64,000 bases of DNA from contig JBAZYJ010000011.1 of the NCBI GenBank assembly GCA_041659385.1, positions 57,374 through 121,373 of the forward strand, in the 5' to 3' direction. Numbering within the stretch: position 1 is the first letter of the stretch; each line of letters begins with the position of its first letter. This document shows positions 28,440-37,040 of this stretch, piece after piece. The stretch is from Sphingomonas sp. Its GTDB lineage: Bacteria > Pseudomonadota > Alphaproteobacteria > Sphingomonadales > Sphingomonadaceae. The translations under genes and the position numbers were made by a program. The notes under the pieces were generated by a model. The model made no database searches and was not told the DNA's origin. It saw only the letters and a program-made list of their open reading frames with translations.

Positions 28440-29778
28440 GTGATGCCGCCGATTGCGGCGGGGGTTTCTCAAAGGCCTTTGACAGGCCGTGATAGAGTTT
28501 CTCGCGGCATACCCATTGGCTCACCTGATTGGCGATCAGCGCGGAAGCGAACATCGGCAGCAGCAGTCCCCGGCTCGCCGTCGTCTCGGTCAGGATGAAC
28601 ACCGCGGTCAGCGGCGCGCGGACGACACCGGTGAAATAGGCGACCATGCCCAGCAGCACGACCGCCGAACCGGGGGAGCCGGGGAAGAACCAGCGCAACA
28701 CATTGCCCACCCCGGCCCCTGTCGACAGGCTTGGCGAGAAAATCCCGCCGGGAAGGCCCGCCACGGCACTGGCCAGCGTCGCGCCGAACTTGGCGATGCC
28801 GTACCATAAGGGCGCGTGAGCGCCGGTGATGACCGCGCGGGCGGCGTCATAGCCGGTGCCCCAGGTCAGCCCGGTCAGGCATCCGATGGTCGCCACGACC
28901 AGCCCGCACGCCGCGGCAAAGGCGACGGGGCGTTGCCGGGCGCGGATCAATGGTGCCCAGCTTGGCGCGGCGGCGGCAAGCACCAGCCGGGAAAACAGGC
29001 CCCCCGCGGCACCGCCGACGACACCGGCAACGGGTGCGACGATCAACACCGTACCCACGCCCATCGACGCGCCAATCGGGCCGAAATACACATAATCGCC
29101 CGCCAGCCCTTCGGCGACGGCACCCGATATCAGGATCGCGGTCATCACCAGCAACGCCATGCGCTGTTCATAAGCGGCGGCAAGTTCCTCGATGGCGAAC
29201 GCGATACCGGCCAGTGGCGTGTTGAACGCCGCCGCCACGCCCGCCGCGCCCCCGGCGATAATCATCGAACTGCGCATCGGCACGCCCAGCAGGCGATGCC
29301 ACCAGCCCATCATCGCGGCGGAAAGCTGGACGGTCGGCCCTTCGCGCCCGGTCGATGCGCCGACCAGCAGGCTGGCGAGCGTCAATGCAGCCTTGCCGGT
29401 GACGATCAGCGGCGTCAGCAGCCGGTCGAGCGCGCCTTCAGGATCGGCGCGCGCCGCGATCACCTGGGGGATGCCCGATCCGCGCGCGGCGGGGAAATAA
29501 CGATTGGTGAGCGTCGCAATCCCGGCAAATGCCAGCGGCGTCAGCACCAGCGGCGCATAAGGCCAGGCGTCGACCAGCAGGTTGAAGATCCCGGTCGCCC
29601 TGTCCGCAGCCGCGGCGAAGGCGATTGCGATCAGCCCGACCGAAATGGCGCCGCCAACCGTGGCCGCACGACGACGGAACATGCTCGAACGCGGGCCGAA
29701 CAGGCGGATCAGGGCACGCGCCCGCCGCAAGGTTCGATTGCGATCGGCACGCGGCGCGATGTTGGTCGGCTCCATCAA
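28378..29778 (-). CDS. ClC family H+/Cl- exchanger
   Basis: Canonical GSGIP, GREGP and GIFSP filter motifs. Confidence 0.92.
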   Translation of the reverse strand: MMEPTNIAPRADRNRTLRRARALIRLFGPRSSMFRRRAATVGGAISVGLIAIAFAAAADRATGIFNLLVDAWPYAPLVLTPLAFAGIATLTNRYFPAARGSGIPQVIAARADPEGALDRLLTPLIVTGKAALTLASLLVGASTGREGPTVQLSAAMMGWWHRLLGVPMRSSMIIAGGAAGVAAAFNTPLAGIAFAIEELAAAYEQRMALLVMTAILISGAVAEGLAGDYVYFGPIGASMGVGTVLIVAPVAGVVGGAAGGLFSRLVLAAAAPSWAPLIRARQRPVAFAAACGLVVATIGCLTGLTWGTGYDAARAVITGAHAPLWYGIAKFGATLASAVAGLPGGIFSPSLSTGAGVGNVLRWFFPGSPGSAVVLLGMVAYFTGVVRAPLTAVFILTETTASRGLLLPMFASALIANQVSQWVCREKLYHGLSKAFEKPPPQSAASLSETRLPPTPPGNRATPDGA

Positions 29779-29892
29779 CCCTGCTTCATAGCCATCGAAG
29801 CCGCGACGTCGAGCCTGTTACGGGATTTTTTCCAGGCTTGGGTGCGATCGCCACTGCTGGTAGCAACAGGCGCGGCCATGAAGGGAGTTGCC

Positions 29893-30351
29893 ATGAAAGG
29901 GGGACGGCTGGTCCTGCATCGCTATCACACCTCGGTCGATCGGGTCGGCGGCGCGATTGCGGTCGGCGGCGGCCTGTGCGGGGTTTTGGCGGCGGTGTTG
30001 CTGGGGCTGGGCGGGACAACCAGCCCGGTGGCGCTGACACTGGCGCTGGTTCTGGGAGCGCTTGTTTCGGCGCTGGCGATCACTGCCTTGGGCGGGCCGG
30101 TGTGGCTGTTGCTGCACATCAACGGCAGGCGTGGCCCCGGCCATGCGCTGGTTCTCGCCGGGGCAATCGGTTTCCTGCTGTTCTTCGTCGCGCAGACGCA
30201 CGGGTTCGGCCTGGGCGCGATGCCGCTTGGCGACAAGGTGACGACGATGCTGCGCTGGGCAAGCGCGGTGGCGACCAGCCTGGTTCTCTCACTGATCGCC
30301 GGGCTGATCGGCCTGGCGATGTGGCGCGTCGCCTATTTCCGGATACGCTGA
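29893..30351 (+). CDS. 4-TM hypothetical membrane protein
   Basis: SD GGGAG; MKGGRLVLHRYHTS...; four hydrophobic segments. Confidence 0.75.
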   Translation: MKGGRLVLHRYHTSVDRVGGAIAVGGGLCGVLAAVLLGLGGTTSPVALTLALVLGALVSALAITALGGPVWLLLHINGRRGPGHALVLAGAIGFLLFFVAQTHGFGLGAMPLGDKVTTMLRWASAVATSLVLSLIAGLIGLAMWRVAYFRIR

Positions 30352-30371
30352 CCAGCGCACCAGGCGCAGGA

Positions 30372-30968
30372 TTATTTGGCGCCCGGCGCACAGTCACCCG
30401 CGCGGTGCGCGGTGATTTCCATCTTCATCGACATTTCGCCTGCCGGGCCATTGGCACCGGCTGGCCCGCCACCCGATGCCTGATTGACCAGGTGATAGTC
30501 GGTGCGGCTGTAACTGCCGGTCATCGTCATCTTGCGGACGGTTTTGCCCATCTTGCACGTCATCGCGGCATCGATCTTGCCACCGGCCATGGTGAAATGG
30601 TCATAAGTGCAGTCATCCTGCCTGCCCCCGCCAAAGGTCTTGCGCGCATCGGCGGCATCTTCGGGCGTCAGGCAGTTTGAAAATTCCCGGCCACTGGCCA
30701 TTTGCGCTTTCATCCGCTCACGCACCGCAGGCGGCAGGTTGTCCATGCCCGGCATCGCCATGTCGAGCAGCCTGATCGTGCCTTTCCACTCGCCCGGCTG
30801 GAAAGTCGCAGCCGCGGTGTTCGCGGCGCTCACCTGATCGGCAACCTCGCCCACCGTCGCATTATGCAACGACACGGTGCCGGTGGCCGCCGCCGATTCC
30901 TTGGTCGAACTGCCGCTGCACCCCGCGAGCAAAGCCGCGCATGCCGCCATGGTCCAAAGCTGCCGCAT
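30372..30968 (-). CDS. DUF3617-like lipoprotein
   Basis: SD GGGGAGG, lipobox LAGC, PGEW and CLTPEDA...CTY...C...C pattern. Confidence 0.8.
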   Translation of the reverse strand: MRQLWTMAACAALLAGCSGSSTKESAAATGTVSLHNATVGEVADQVSAANTAAATFQPGEWKGTIRLLDMAMPGMDNLPPAVRERMKAQMASGREFSNCLTPEDAADARKTFGGGRQDDCTYDHFTMAGGKIDAAMTCKMGKTVRKMTMTGSYSRTDYHLVNQASGGGPAGANGPAGEMSMKMEITAHRAGDCAPGAK

Positions 30969-31062
30969 CGATTCCTCCCCCCGCTTCTGCCGGTCGGCGC
31001 ATCATCGCCTTTTCAGGGCGGATGGCAATTGCGAAGTGCAGAGCAACAATGGGCGGCGCATT

Positions 31063-31098
31063 GACGAGCGGCGCATTGACGAGCGGCGTTGCCGTCCT
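31063..31098. repeat. 15-bp tandem repeat (about 2.5 copies)
   Basis: GCGGCGCATTGACGA x2 followed by GCGGCG. Confidence 0.85.
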
Positions 31099-31120
31099 CG
31101 CCTCCGTCCCCCATATGTTC
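31089..31120 (+). promoter_or_regulatory. Putative uvrB promoter with overlapping degenerate LexA box
   Basis: TTGCCG-N17-CATATG; GTCC-N7-GTTC at 31106-31120. Confidence 0.45.
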
Positions 31121-31124
31121 CCTT

Positions 31125-33323
31125 ATGGCCATCCAGATTCGCACCACCCTTGACGAGCCGGACACCGGGCAGGCGTTTACGCCGCACCGGCCAGAGCGGC
31201 CACCCAAGGTTGAAGGGGGCAAGCCGCTCAGGATCGTCTCCGAATATGAACCCTCGGGCGATCAGCCGGGCGCGATCCGGGAATTGACCGAGGCGGCGCT
31301 GGCTGGCGAGCGCGATCAGGTACTGCTGGGCGTCACCGGCTCGGGCAAGACCTTCACCATGGCCAAGGTGATCGAGACGCTGCAGCGCCCGGCATTGGTA
31401 CTGGCGCCCAACAAGATCCTGGCGGCGCAGCTTTACGGCGAGTTCAAGAACTTCTTTCCCGACAATGCGGTCGAATATTTCGTCAGCTATTACGATTATT
31501 ACCAGCCCGAAGCCTATGTCGCGCGAACCGACACGTACATCGAGAAGGAAAGCAGCGTAAACGAAGCGATCGACCGGATGCGGCATTCGGCGACGCGATC
31601 ACTGCTGGAGCGGGACGATGTCATCATCGTCGCGTCGGTGTCGTGCCTGTACGGCATCGGTTCGGTCGAGACTTATTCGGCGATGATCTTTGACCTGAAG
31701 AAGAAGCAGGTGGTCGATCAGCGCGAGATCGTCCGCAAGCTCGTCGCGCTCCAGTACAAGCGCAACGACGCGGCGTTCCAGCGCGGCAATTTCCGCGTGA
31801 AGGGCGACAATCTGGAGATTTTCCCCTCGCATTATGAGGACACCGCCTGGCGCGTGTCGTTCTTCGGCGACGAGATCGAGGAAATCGTCGAGTTCGATCC
31901 GCTGACCGGCAAGAAGGTCGCCAGCCTCGATTATGTCCGCGTCTATGCCAACAGCCACTATGTGACGCCGGGGCCGACCCTGAAACAGGCGATGGAAGCG
32001 ATCAAGTTCGAACTGGCTGAACGGCTGAAGGAATTGAACAGCGAAGGCAAGCTGCTGGAGGCGCAGCGGCTGGAACAGCGCACCAATTTCGATCTGGAGA
32101 TGATCGCGGCGACCGGATCATGCGCGGGCATCGAAAACTACTCGCGCTTTTTGACCGGGCGCCTGCCGGGCGAGCCGCCGCCGACCCTGTTCGAATATCT
32201 GCCCGACAATGCGCTGCTGTTCGTCGATGAAAGCCACCAGACGATCGGCCAGATCAACGGCATGTCGCGCGGCGACCACAAGCGCAAGATCACGCTGGCG
32301 GAGTACGGCTTTCGCCTGCCCAGCGCGATCGACAACCGGCCGCTGCGCTTCAACGAATGGGACGCGATGCGGCCGCAGACGACTTATGTCTCGGCAACGC
32401 CCGGCAGTTGGGAAATGGAACAGACCGGCGGCGTCTTTGCCGAACAGGTGATCCGCCCCACCGGCCTCATTGATCCCCCGGTCGAAATCCGCCCGGTCGA
32501 GGAACAGGTGCAGGACCTGATCGTCGAATGCCGCAAGACGACCGCGATGGGATATCGCACGCTGGTCACCACGCTGACCAAGCGGATGGCCGAGGACCTG
32601 ACCGAATATATGCACGAGGCGGGGATCAAGTGCCGCTACATGCATTCGGATACCGAGACGCTGGAGCGCATCGAGCTGATCCGTGATCTGCGGATGGGCG
32701 TTTATGACGTGCTGATCGGCATCAACCTGCTGCGCGAAGGGCTGGACATCCCCGAATGCGGGCTGGTGGCGATATTGGATGCCGACAAGGAAGGGTTCCT
32801 GCGCTCCGAAACCTCGCTGATCCAGACCATCGGGCGCGCCGCGCGCAATGTGGAGGGGCGAGTGATCCTCTATGCCGACCGGATGACCGGCAGCATGGAG
32901 CGCGCGCTCAACGAAACCAGCCGCCGCCGCGAAAAGCAGGAAGCGTATAACGCCGAACACGGCATCACGCCCACCACGATCAAGCGCAACATCGGCGACA
33001 TCATCGCCCATGTCGCGTCGAAGGACCAGGTGACGGTGCCGATCGATGATGACGGTGGCCCCCAGCACATGGTCGGCCACAATCTGCGCGCGTATATCGA
33101 GGAACTGGAAAAGAAGATGCGCGCCGCCGCCGCTGATCTGGAATTCGAGGAAGCCGGGCGCCTGCGCGACGAAATCCGTGCGCTGGAAGCCGAGGAGCTT
33201 GGCCTGCCCGCCGATCAGCGCAAGGCGCCGGTGATGGGCCGCAGCAACGAAGGCAAGCCGGGCACGCGCAAGACGCGCTTCGGCAAGGTGCAGAAGAAAT
33301 TCGGCGGCAGCAGTCGACGTTAA
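31125..33323 (+). CDS. uvrB: Excinuclease ABC subunit B
   Basis: [42 protein letters not shown]-terminal UVR domain. Confidence 0.97.
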   Translation: MAIQIRTTLDEPDTGQAFTPHRPERPPKVEGGKPLRIVSEYEPSGDQPGAIRELTEAALAGERDQVLLGVTGSGKTFTMAKVIETLQRPALVLAPNKILAAQLYGEFKNFFPDNAVEYFVSYYDYYQPEAYVARTDTYIEKESSVNEAIDRMRHSATRSLLERDDVIIVASVSCLYGIGSVETYSAMIFDLKKKQVVDQREIVRKLVALQYKRNDAAFQRGNFRVKGDNLEIFPSHYEDTAWRVSFFGDEIEEIVEFDPLTGKKVASLDYVRVYANSHYVTPGPTLKQAMEAIKFELAERLKELNSEGKLLEAQRLEQRTNFDLEMIAATGSCAGIENYSRFLTGRLPGEPPPTLFEYLPDNALLFVDESHQTIGQINGMSRGDHKRKITLAEYGFRLPSAIDNRPLRFNEWDAMRPQTTYVSATPGSWEMEQTGGVFAEQVIRPTGLIDPPVEIRPVEEQVQDLIVECRKTTAMGYRTLVTTLTKRMAEDLTEYMHEAGIKCRYMHSDTETLERIELIRDLRMGVYDVLIGINLLREGLDIPECGLVAILDADKEGFLRSETSLIQTIGRAARNVEGRVILYADRMTGSMERALNETSRRREKQEAYNAEHGITPTTIKRNIGDIIAHVASKDQVTVPIDDDGGPQHMVGHNLRAYIEELEKKMRAAAADLEFEEAGRLRDEIRALEAEELGLPADQRKAPVMGRSNEGKPGTRKTRFGKVQKKFGGSSRR

Positions 33324-33335
33324 GGGCGATTGGTT

Positions 33336-33369
33336 GTTTCGGGGGTGCGTGACTGCGCTCCCCCGAAAC
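33336..33369. terminator. Hairpin between convergent genes after uvrB
   Basis: GTTTCGGGGG / CCCCCGAAAC arms. Confidence 0.6.
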
Positions 33370-33409
33370 GGCATCGCTCCTGTCGGCCGGTATGAACCGC
33401 TTCAGGCAA

Positions 33410-33886
33410 TCACAAGCATTTGTCGTTGAGCGCGCTGATGAGCTTTTCGGCATCGGCGGCTTGCTTGGCCGCGTCCTTGCCTTCAAATTCCATCTGCACC
33501 GAATGGCCGCCGCCCGACACGATCAGGTTGGTGTTCACGGCCATCGCCTGCATTTTCTTCAGGTCAATCGACAGCTTGGCACCGCCTTCCAGCGTGACGT
33601 TGGTGGTGCAGGCGTCGGTGGTCGCGCCTTCCAGTTTTCTGGGCGAACTTTTGGGATCGGCCGTCATTGGCTTGGCAGTGACGAGCAATTGGTCGAGCGG
33701 CGTCCTGGCCGTGTCGGCCTTGGCGGGAGCAGGCGTTTCGGCGGGTGTCGGCGTTGCTGCTGGCGCTGCGGCCTGTTCGGGCGTCGCGGCCTGTTCCGGC
33801 GCTGGCGTGCTCTGCGCGTTGGCGGCGGCAAGAGCCAGTGGCGCGCCGATGATCAGGAACGCAACCGTGGCGAGCTTCTGAGTCAT
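33410..33886 (-). CDS. Secreted hypothetical protein with Ala/Pro-rich linker
   Basis: SD GGAGGGG, signal peptide, PEQAA repeats, two Cys. Confidence 0.75.
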   Translation of the reverse strand: MTQKLATVAFLIIGAPLALAAANAQSTPAPEQAATPEQAAAPAATPTPAETPAPAKADTARTPLDQLLVTAKPMTADPKSSPRKLEGATTDACTTNVTLEGGAKLSIDLKKMQAMAVNTNLIVSGGGHSVQMEFEGKDAAKQAADAEKLISALNDKCL

Positions 33887-33971
33887 TCGTTTTCCCCTCC
33901 TATATTATCCTCGCATCATATCGCGTTGTGCGGCCGACCGAAATGACTTCAATCAATGATTGTTACCCTGA

Positions 33972-34026
33972 TCGGGCGTGGCTCGGGCGTGGCTCGGGCG
34001 TGGCTCGGGCGTGGCTCGGGCATGGG
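33972..34026. repeat. 11-bp tandem repeat x5
   Basis: TCGGGCGTGGC x4 plus TCGGGCATGGG. Confidence 0.92.
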
Positions 34027-34111
34027 CTGGACCAGGCCGCGGCTCGCCCGGCGCACGGTTCACCGGCAAGGCGGTTGAGGCTGGCCCCGTCATCGCCCAT
34101 AAGGACTGGCA

Positions 34112-34651
34112 ATGCGTCGATCGATTGTCCCCTTGTTGTTGCTGGCGCCGGTTGCGTCATGTGTGTCCAGCCCGCCGGTATCCGCCCCGGTCGTCGTGCC
34201 GCGAACCGCACCTGTCCCCGCACCAGCACCGCCGCCAACCCCGCCGGTGCTGGTGGGCGACTGGCCCGACTGGCCATTGACGCCGGGCACCTGGACGTAC
34301 CGTCAGGACAGCCGCGGCAGCGTCGCGCTGTTCGGCGTTGCGGGCGCGGATGCGGAGGTGACGCTGCGCTGCGATCGTAAGGCGGACATGGTCTATCTGT
34401 CGCGGCGTGGTGCCATCGCGGGCAATTCGTCGATGGTCGTCCGCACCACGGCGCTTGTCCGCACGCTGGCGGCGCGACCAACCGGCGGCGCCCCTTCGTT
34501 CATGGCCGTTGCCCTGGCGCCCGGCGACGCGGTGCTTGATGCGATGGGGTATAGCCGTGGGCGTTTTGTCATCGAACAAGCCGGCCTGCCTGTGCTGGTG
34601 GTGCCTGCCTGGGCGGAAATCCTGCGCGTCACCGAAGATTGCCGGTCGTAA
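34112..34651 (+). CDS. Hypothetical lipoprotein
   Basis: SD AAGGA, lipobox VASC, Pro-rich linker, GTWTY and EDCR motifs. Confidence 0.8.
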   Translation: MRRSIVPLLLLAPVASCVSSPPVSAPVVVPRTAPVPAPAPPPTPPVLVGDWPDWPLTPGTWTYRQDSRGSVALFGVAGADAEVTLRCDRKADMVYLSRRGAIAGNSSMVVRTTALVRTLAARPTGGAPSFMAVALAPGDAVLDAMGYSRGRFVIEQAGLPVLVVPAWAEILRVTEDCRS

Positions 34652-34850
34652 CGCGCACGCTACCGGACGTTGCGTGCGCGTGGCATGTCGATCACAAGAT
34701 GTAGGGGGTGCGGCCGTTCGAAGCGCAGACCTGCAGAATCGCGCAAATCAAAATAAATTACAAGTCTTGTAGTTGTGGCCGGGGTGATTCACACATGATG
34801 CGTGCCCAGGCAGGGTACGCCGCGTTCAACTAGCGAAAGGAGGTGATCCG

Positions 34851-34907
34851 ATGTCTCATGGTTCAGCAATGGGGTCGGTTCAGTTCGTTCGGGAGGCGCG
34901 TCGCTAA
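34851..34907 (+). CDS. 18-aa small protein MSHGSAMGSVQFVREARR
   Basis: ATG directly after GAAAGGAGGTGATCCG; TAA at 34905-34907. Confidence 0.65.
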   Translation: MSHGSAMGSVQFVREARR

Positions 34908-35019
34908 TTCCGCAGGGCCCTGGCGGGGAGATTTCCCTCCCAATCAACGTCCAGGGTTCACAGGAATGGCGGCCTGCATGGTCTCCCGGGCTGGAGCTTC
35001 CGGCCGCTGACCATGTTAG

Positions 35020-35061
35020 GAGGTTGCCGGGGCGGTGGGACACCCCCCGGCAGCCTCTTTT
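35020..35061 (+). terminator. Rho-independent terminator
   Basis: GAGGTTGCCGGGG / CCCCGGCAGCCTC stem followed by TTTT. Confidence 0.8.
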
Positions 35062-35151
35062 CATTTGTGCCGCGTTTTCATTTTTGTCGCGCGCGCAAGC
35101 GGCGTATCGCCTGGCGACGATGGCGATTTTATCCTTTTTCCGGCGACGCTG

Positions 35152-36906
35152 ATGGCAAGAACATTCTCCTTGCGTGCCGTGCCGACCGCGTTCGTCGCGC
35201 GGTTGCGCCGCAGGTTCCGGGCGAGCGAGGCATGGTTCATCCTGCTGGCGATTGTCGTGGGCGGGGTCGCCGGGCTGGCGACGGTTGCGCTGGGCGCGGT
35301 TGCGCGCACGCTCCAGCACTGGATGTTTCGCCTGCCGCATGACGCCAGCCTGAGCGGGCTGGCGACACTGGCACCGTGGCAATTGATGATGCTGCCGCTG
35401 GGCGGGCTGATCCTTGCCGGCTTCAGCTGGGCAACGCGCGCGCGCGTTCGCGCGCTGGTCGATGCGGTGGAAGCCAATGCGCTGCACGGCGGCCGCATGT
35501 CGATGGCGGATAGCGCGGTGATCGCGGGGCAGACCGCGATTTCCAATGGCTTTGGCGCATCGGTGGGGCTGGAGGCAGGCTATGCCCAGCTTGGTTCGGC
35601 CTTCGCCTCGCAGATTGGCGGGATGCTGAGGCTCAGGCGAGCCGACCTGCGCACCTTGGTCGGCGCGGGCGCGGGTGCGGGAATTGCGGCGGCCTTTGGC
35701 GCGCCACTTGCGGGGTGCTTTTATGCGTTTGAGATTGTCATCGGCGCGTACACCCCGTCCGCCATCGCGCCGATTGCGGCGGCGGCGTTGACGGCGGCAA
35801 GCGTCGCGCATCTGCTGGGCCAGACACCCTATGTCATCAGCACCACCGACTATCTGACCGTGCCGGGCGAACATTACCTGCTTTACGCGCTGCTGGGTGC
35901 GGTGTGCGGGGTGCTGGGCATCGTGCTGATGCGGCTGGTCGCGCTGGCGGAGACCGCCAGCCGTGCCATGCGGCTGCCCGCGGGCGCGCGGCCGGTGGTG
36001 GGGGGCCTGTTGCTGGTGCCCATCGCCGCGCTGTCACCCCAGGTGCTCTCCTCAGGACATGGCGCACTGCACATGGATTTGGCGGCGGGCTATTCGCTCA
36101 GCTTCATCGCGGCGATGCTGCTGGCCAAATGCGCGGCGTCGGTGGTGTCGCTTGGCTTTGGCTTCCGCGGCGGCCTGTTTTTCGCGTCGTTGTTCATCGG
36201 CACGCTGGTCGGGCACATCTTTGCCGGGGTGGTGGGGTTGAGCGCGGGGTATATGATCGTCGCCTCCAACCAGGCAGCGGTGGTGGGCATGGCGGCGCTG
36301 GCGGTGGCGATCATCGGCGGGCCGATGACCATGGCGATGCTGGTGCTGGAAGCGACGCGCGATTTCTTCCTGACCGGCGCCGTCATCACCGCATCGCTGG
36401 TTGCCAGCACCATCGTGCGGGAAGGGTTCGGCTATTCCTTCTCGACCTGGCGGCTGCACCTGCGGGGAGAGACGATCAAAAGCGCGCGCGATATCGGCTG
36501 GGCACGTTCGTTAACCGCGGGCCGGATGATGCGGCCAACGCAGCCGCTGCCCGACAGCACGCCGATCGTCGAATTTCGCCGCCAATTCCCGCTGGGCGCG
36601 GCCAGCCGGGTCGTGCTGGTCGATCCCGATGGCCATTATGCGGGCATCGTAGCACCCGCTGATGCCTGGGCGGAAAACCGGGATGCCGCCGGGTCAATCG
36701 GCAGCATCGCCACGCACCACGCCCCGCCGCTGGCCATGGGGGAGGGCATCGATGCGATCATGGCGCGGTTCGATATCGATCAGGTCGACGAACTTGCCGT
36801 GATCGATGCGAAGGGCGCGGTGCTGGGCGTGGTGTCGGAAAAGTTCGCCCGTCGCCGCTATGCCGAGGAAATGGAAAAGGCGCAGCGCGGCCTGTTCGCC
36901 GATTGA
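35152..36906 (+). CDS. ClC family chloride channel protein with C-terminal CBS domains
   Basis: ASVGLEAG, GIAAAFGAPLAG, GFRGGLFF, CBS pair. Confidence 0.88.
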   Translation: MARTFSLRAVPTAFVARLRRRFRASEAWFILLAIVVGGVAGLATVALGAVARTLQHWMFRLPHDASLSGLATLAPWQLMMLPLGGLILAGFSWATRARVRALVDAVEANALHGGRMSMADSAVIAGQTAISNGFGASVGLEAGYAQLGSAFASQIGGMLRLRRADLRTLVGAGAGAGIAAAFGAPLAGCFYAFEIVIGAYTPSAIAPIAAAALTAASVAHLLGQTPYVISTTDYLTVPGEHYLLYALLGAVCGVLGIVLMRLVALAETASRAMRLPAGARPVVGGLLLVPIAALSPQVLSSGHGALHMDLAAGYSLSFIAAMLLAKCAASVVSLGFGFRGGLFFASLFIGTLVGHIFAGVVGLSAGYMIVASNQAAVVGMAALAVAIIGGPMTMAMLVLEATRDFFLTGAVITASLVASTIVREGFGYSFSTWRLHLRGETIKSARDIGWARSLTAGRMMRPTQPLPDSTPIVEFRRQFPLGAASRVVLVDPDGHYAGIVAPADAWAENRDAAGSIGSIATHHAPPLAMGEGIDAIMARFDIDQVDELAVIDAKGAVLGVVSEKFARRRYAEEMEKAQRGLFAD

Positions 36907-37040
36907 GAGGGCATCGGGCCTGGTTTTCGCGGTGTTTTCGGTAAATTGAGACCCAAGTCGCCGATTGAGGCACGCCGCAGACTTTTCGTTTGCCGCGCGC
37001 ACGTTAAGCTGCCCCGGTCATCGGGCAAGTTGGGGGTTTT

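Larger units (their letters stand above)
34800..35061 (+). ncRNA. Putative structured small mRNA/sRNA with extended SD (rreB/rreR-like)
   Basis: 5' hairpin, 15-nt anti-16S complement, 18-aa ORF, multibranched 3' stems, terminator. Confidence 0.65.

Noticed and set aside
34835-34849. 16S rRNA gene fragment on the minus strand
   Set aside because: The match stops at 15 nt; the flanks do not continue 16S (AGCCGC expected) or ITS sequence.
35095-35160. Fluoride riboswitch upstream of the ClC gene
   Set aside because: Only GCTGATG resembles the motif; the 5' GGCGAUGG..UCGCC pseudoknot is absent and the protein lacks ClC-F signatures.
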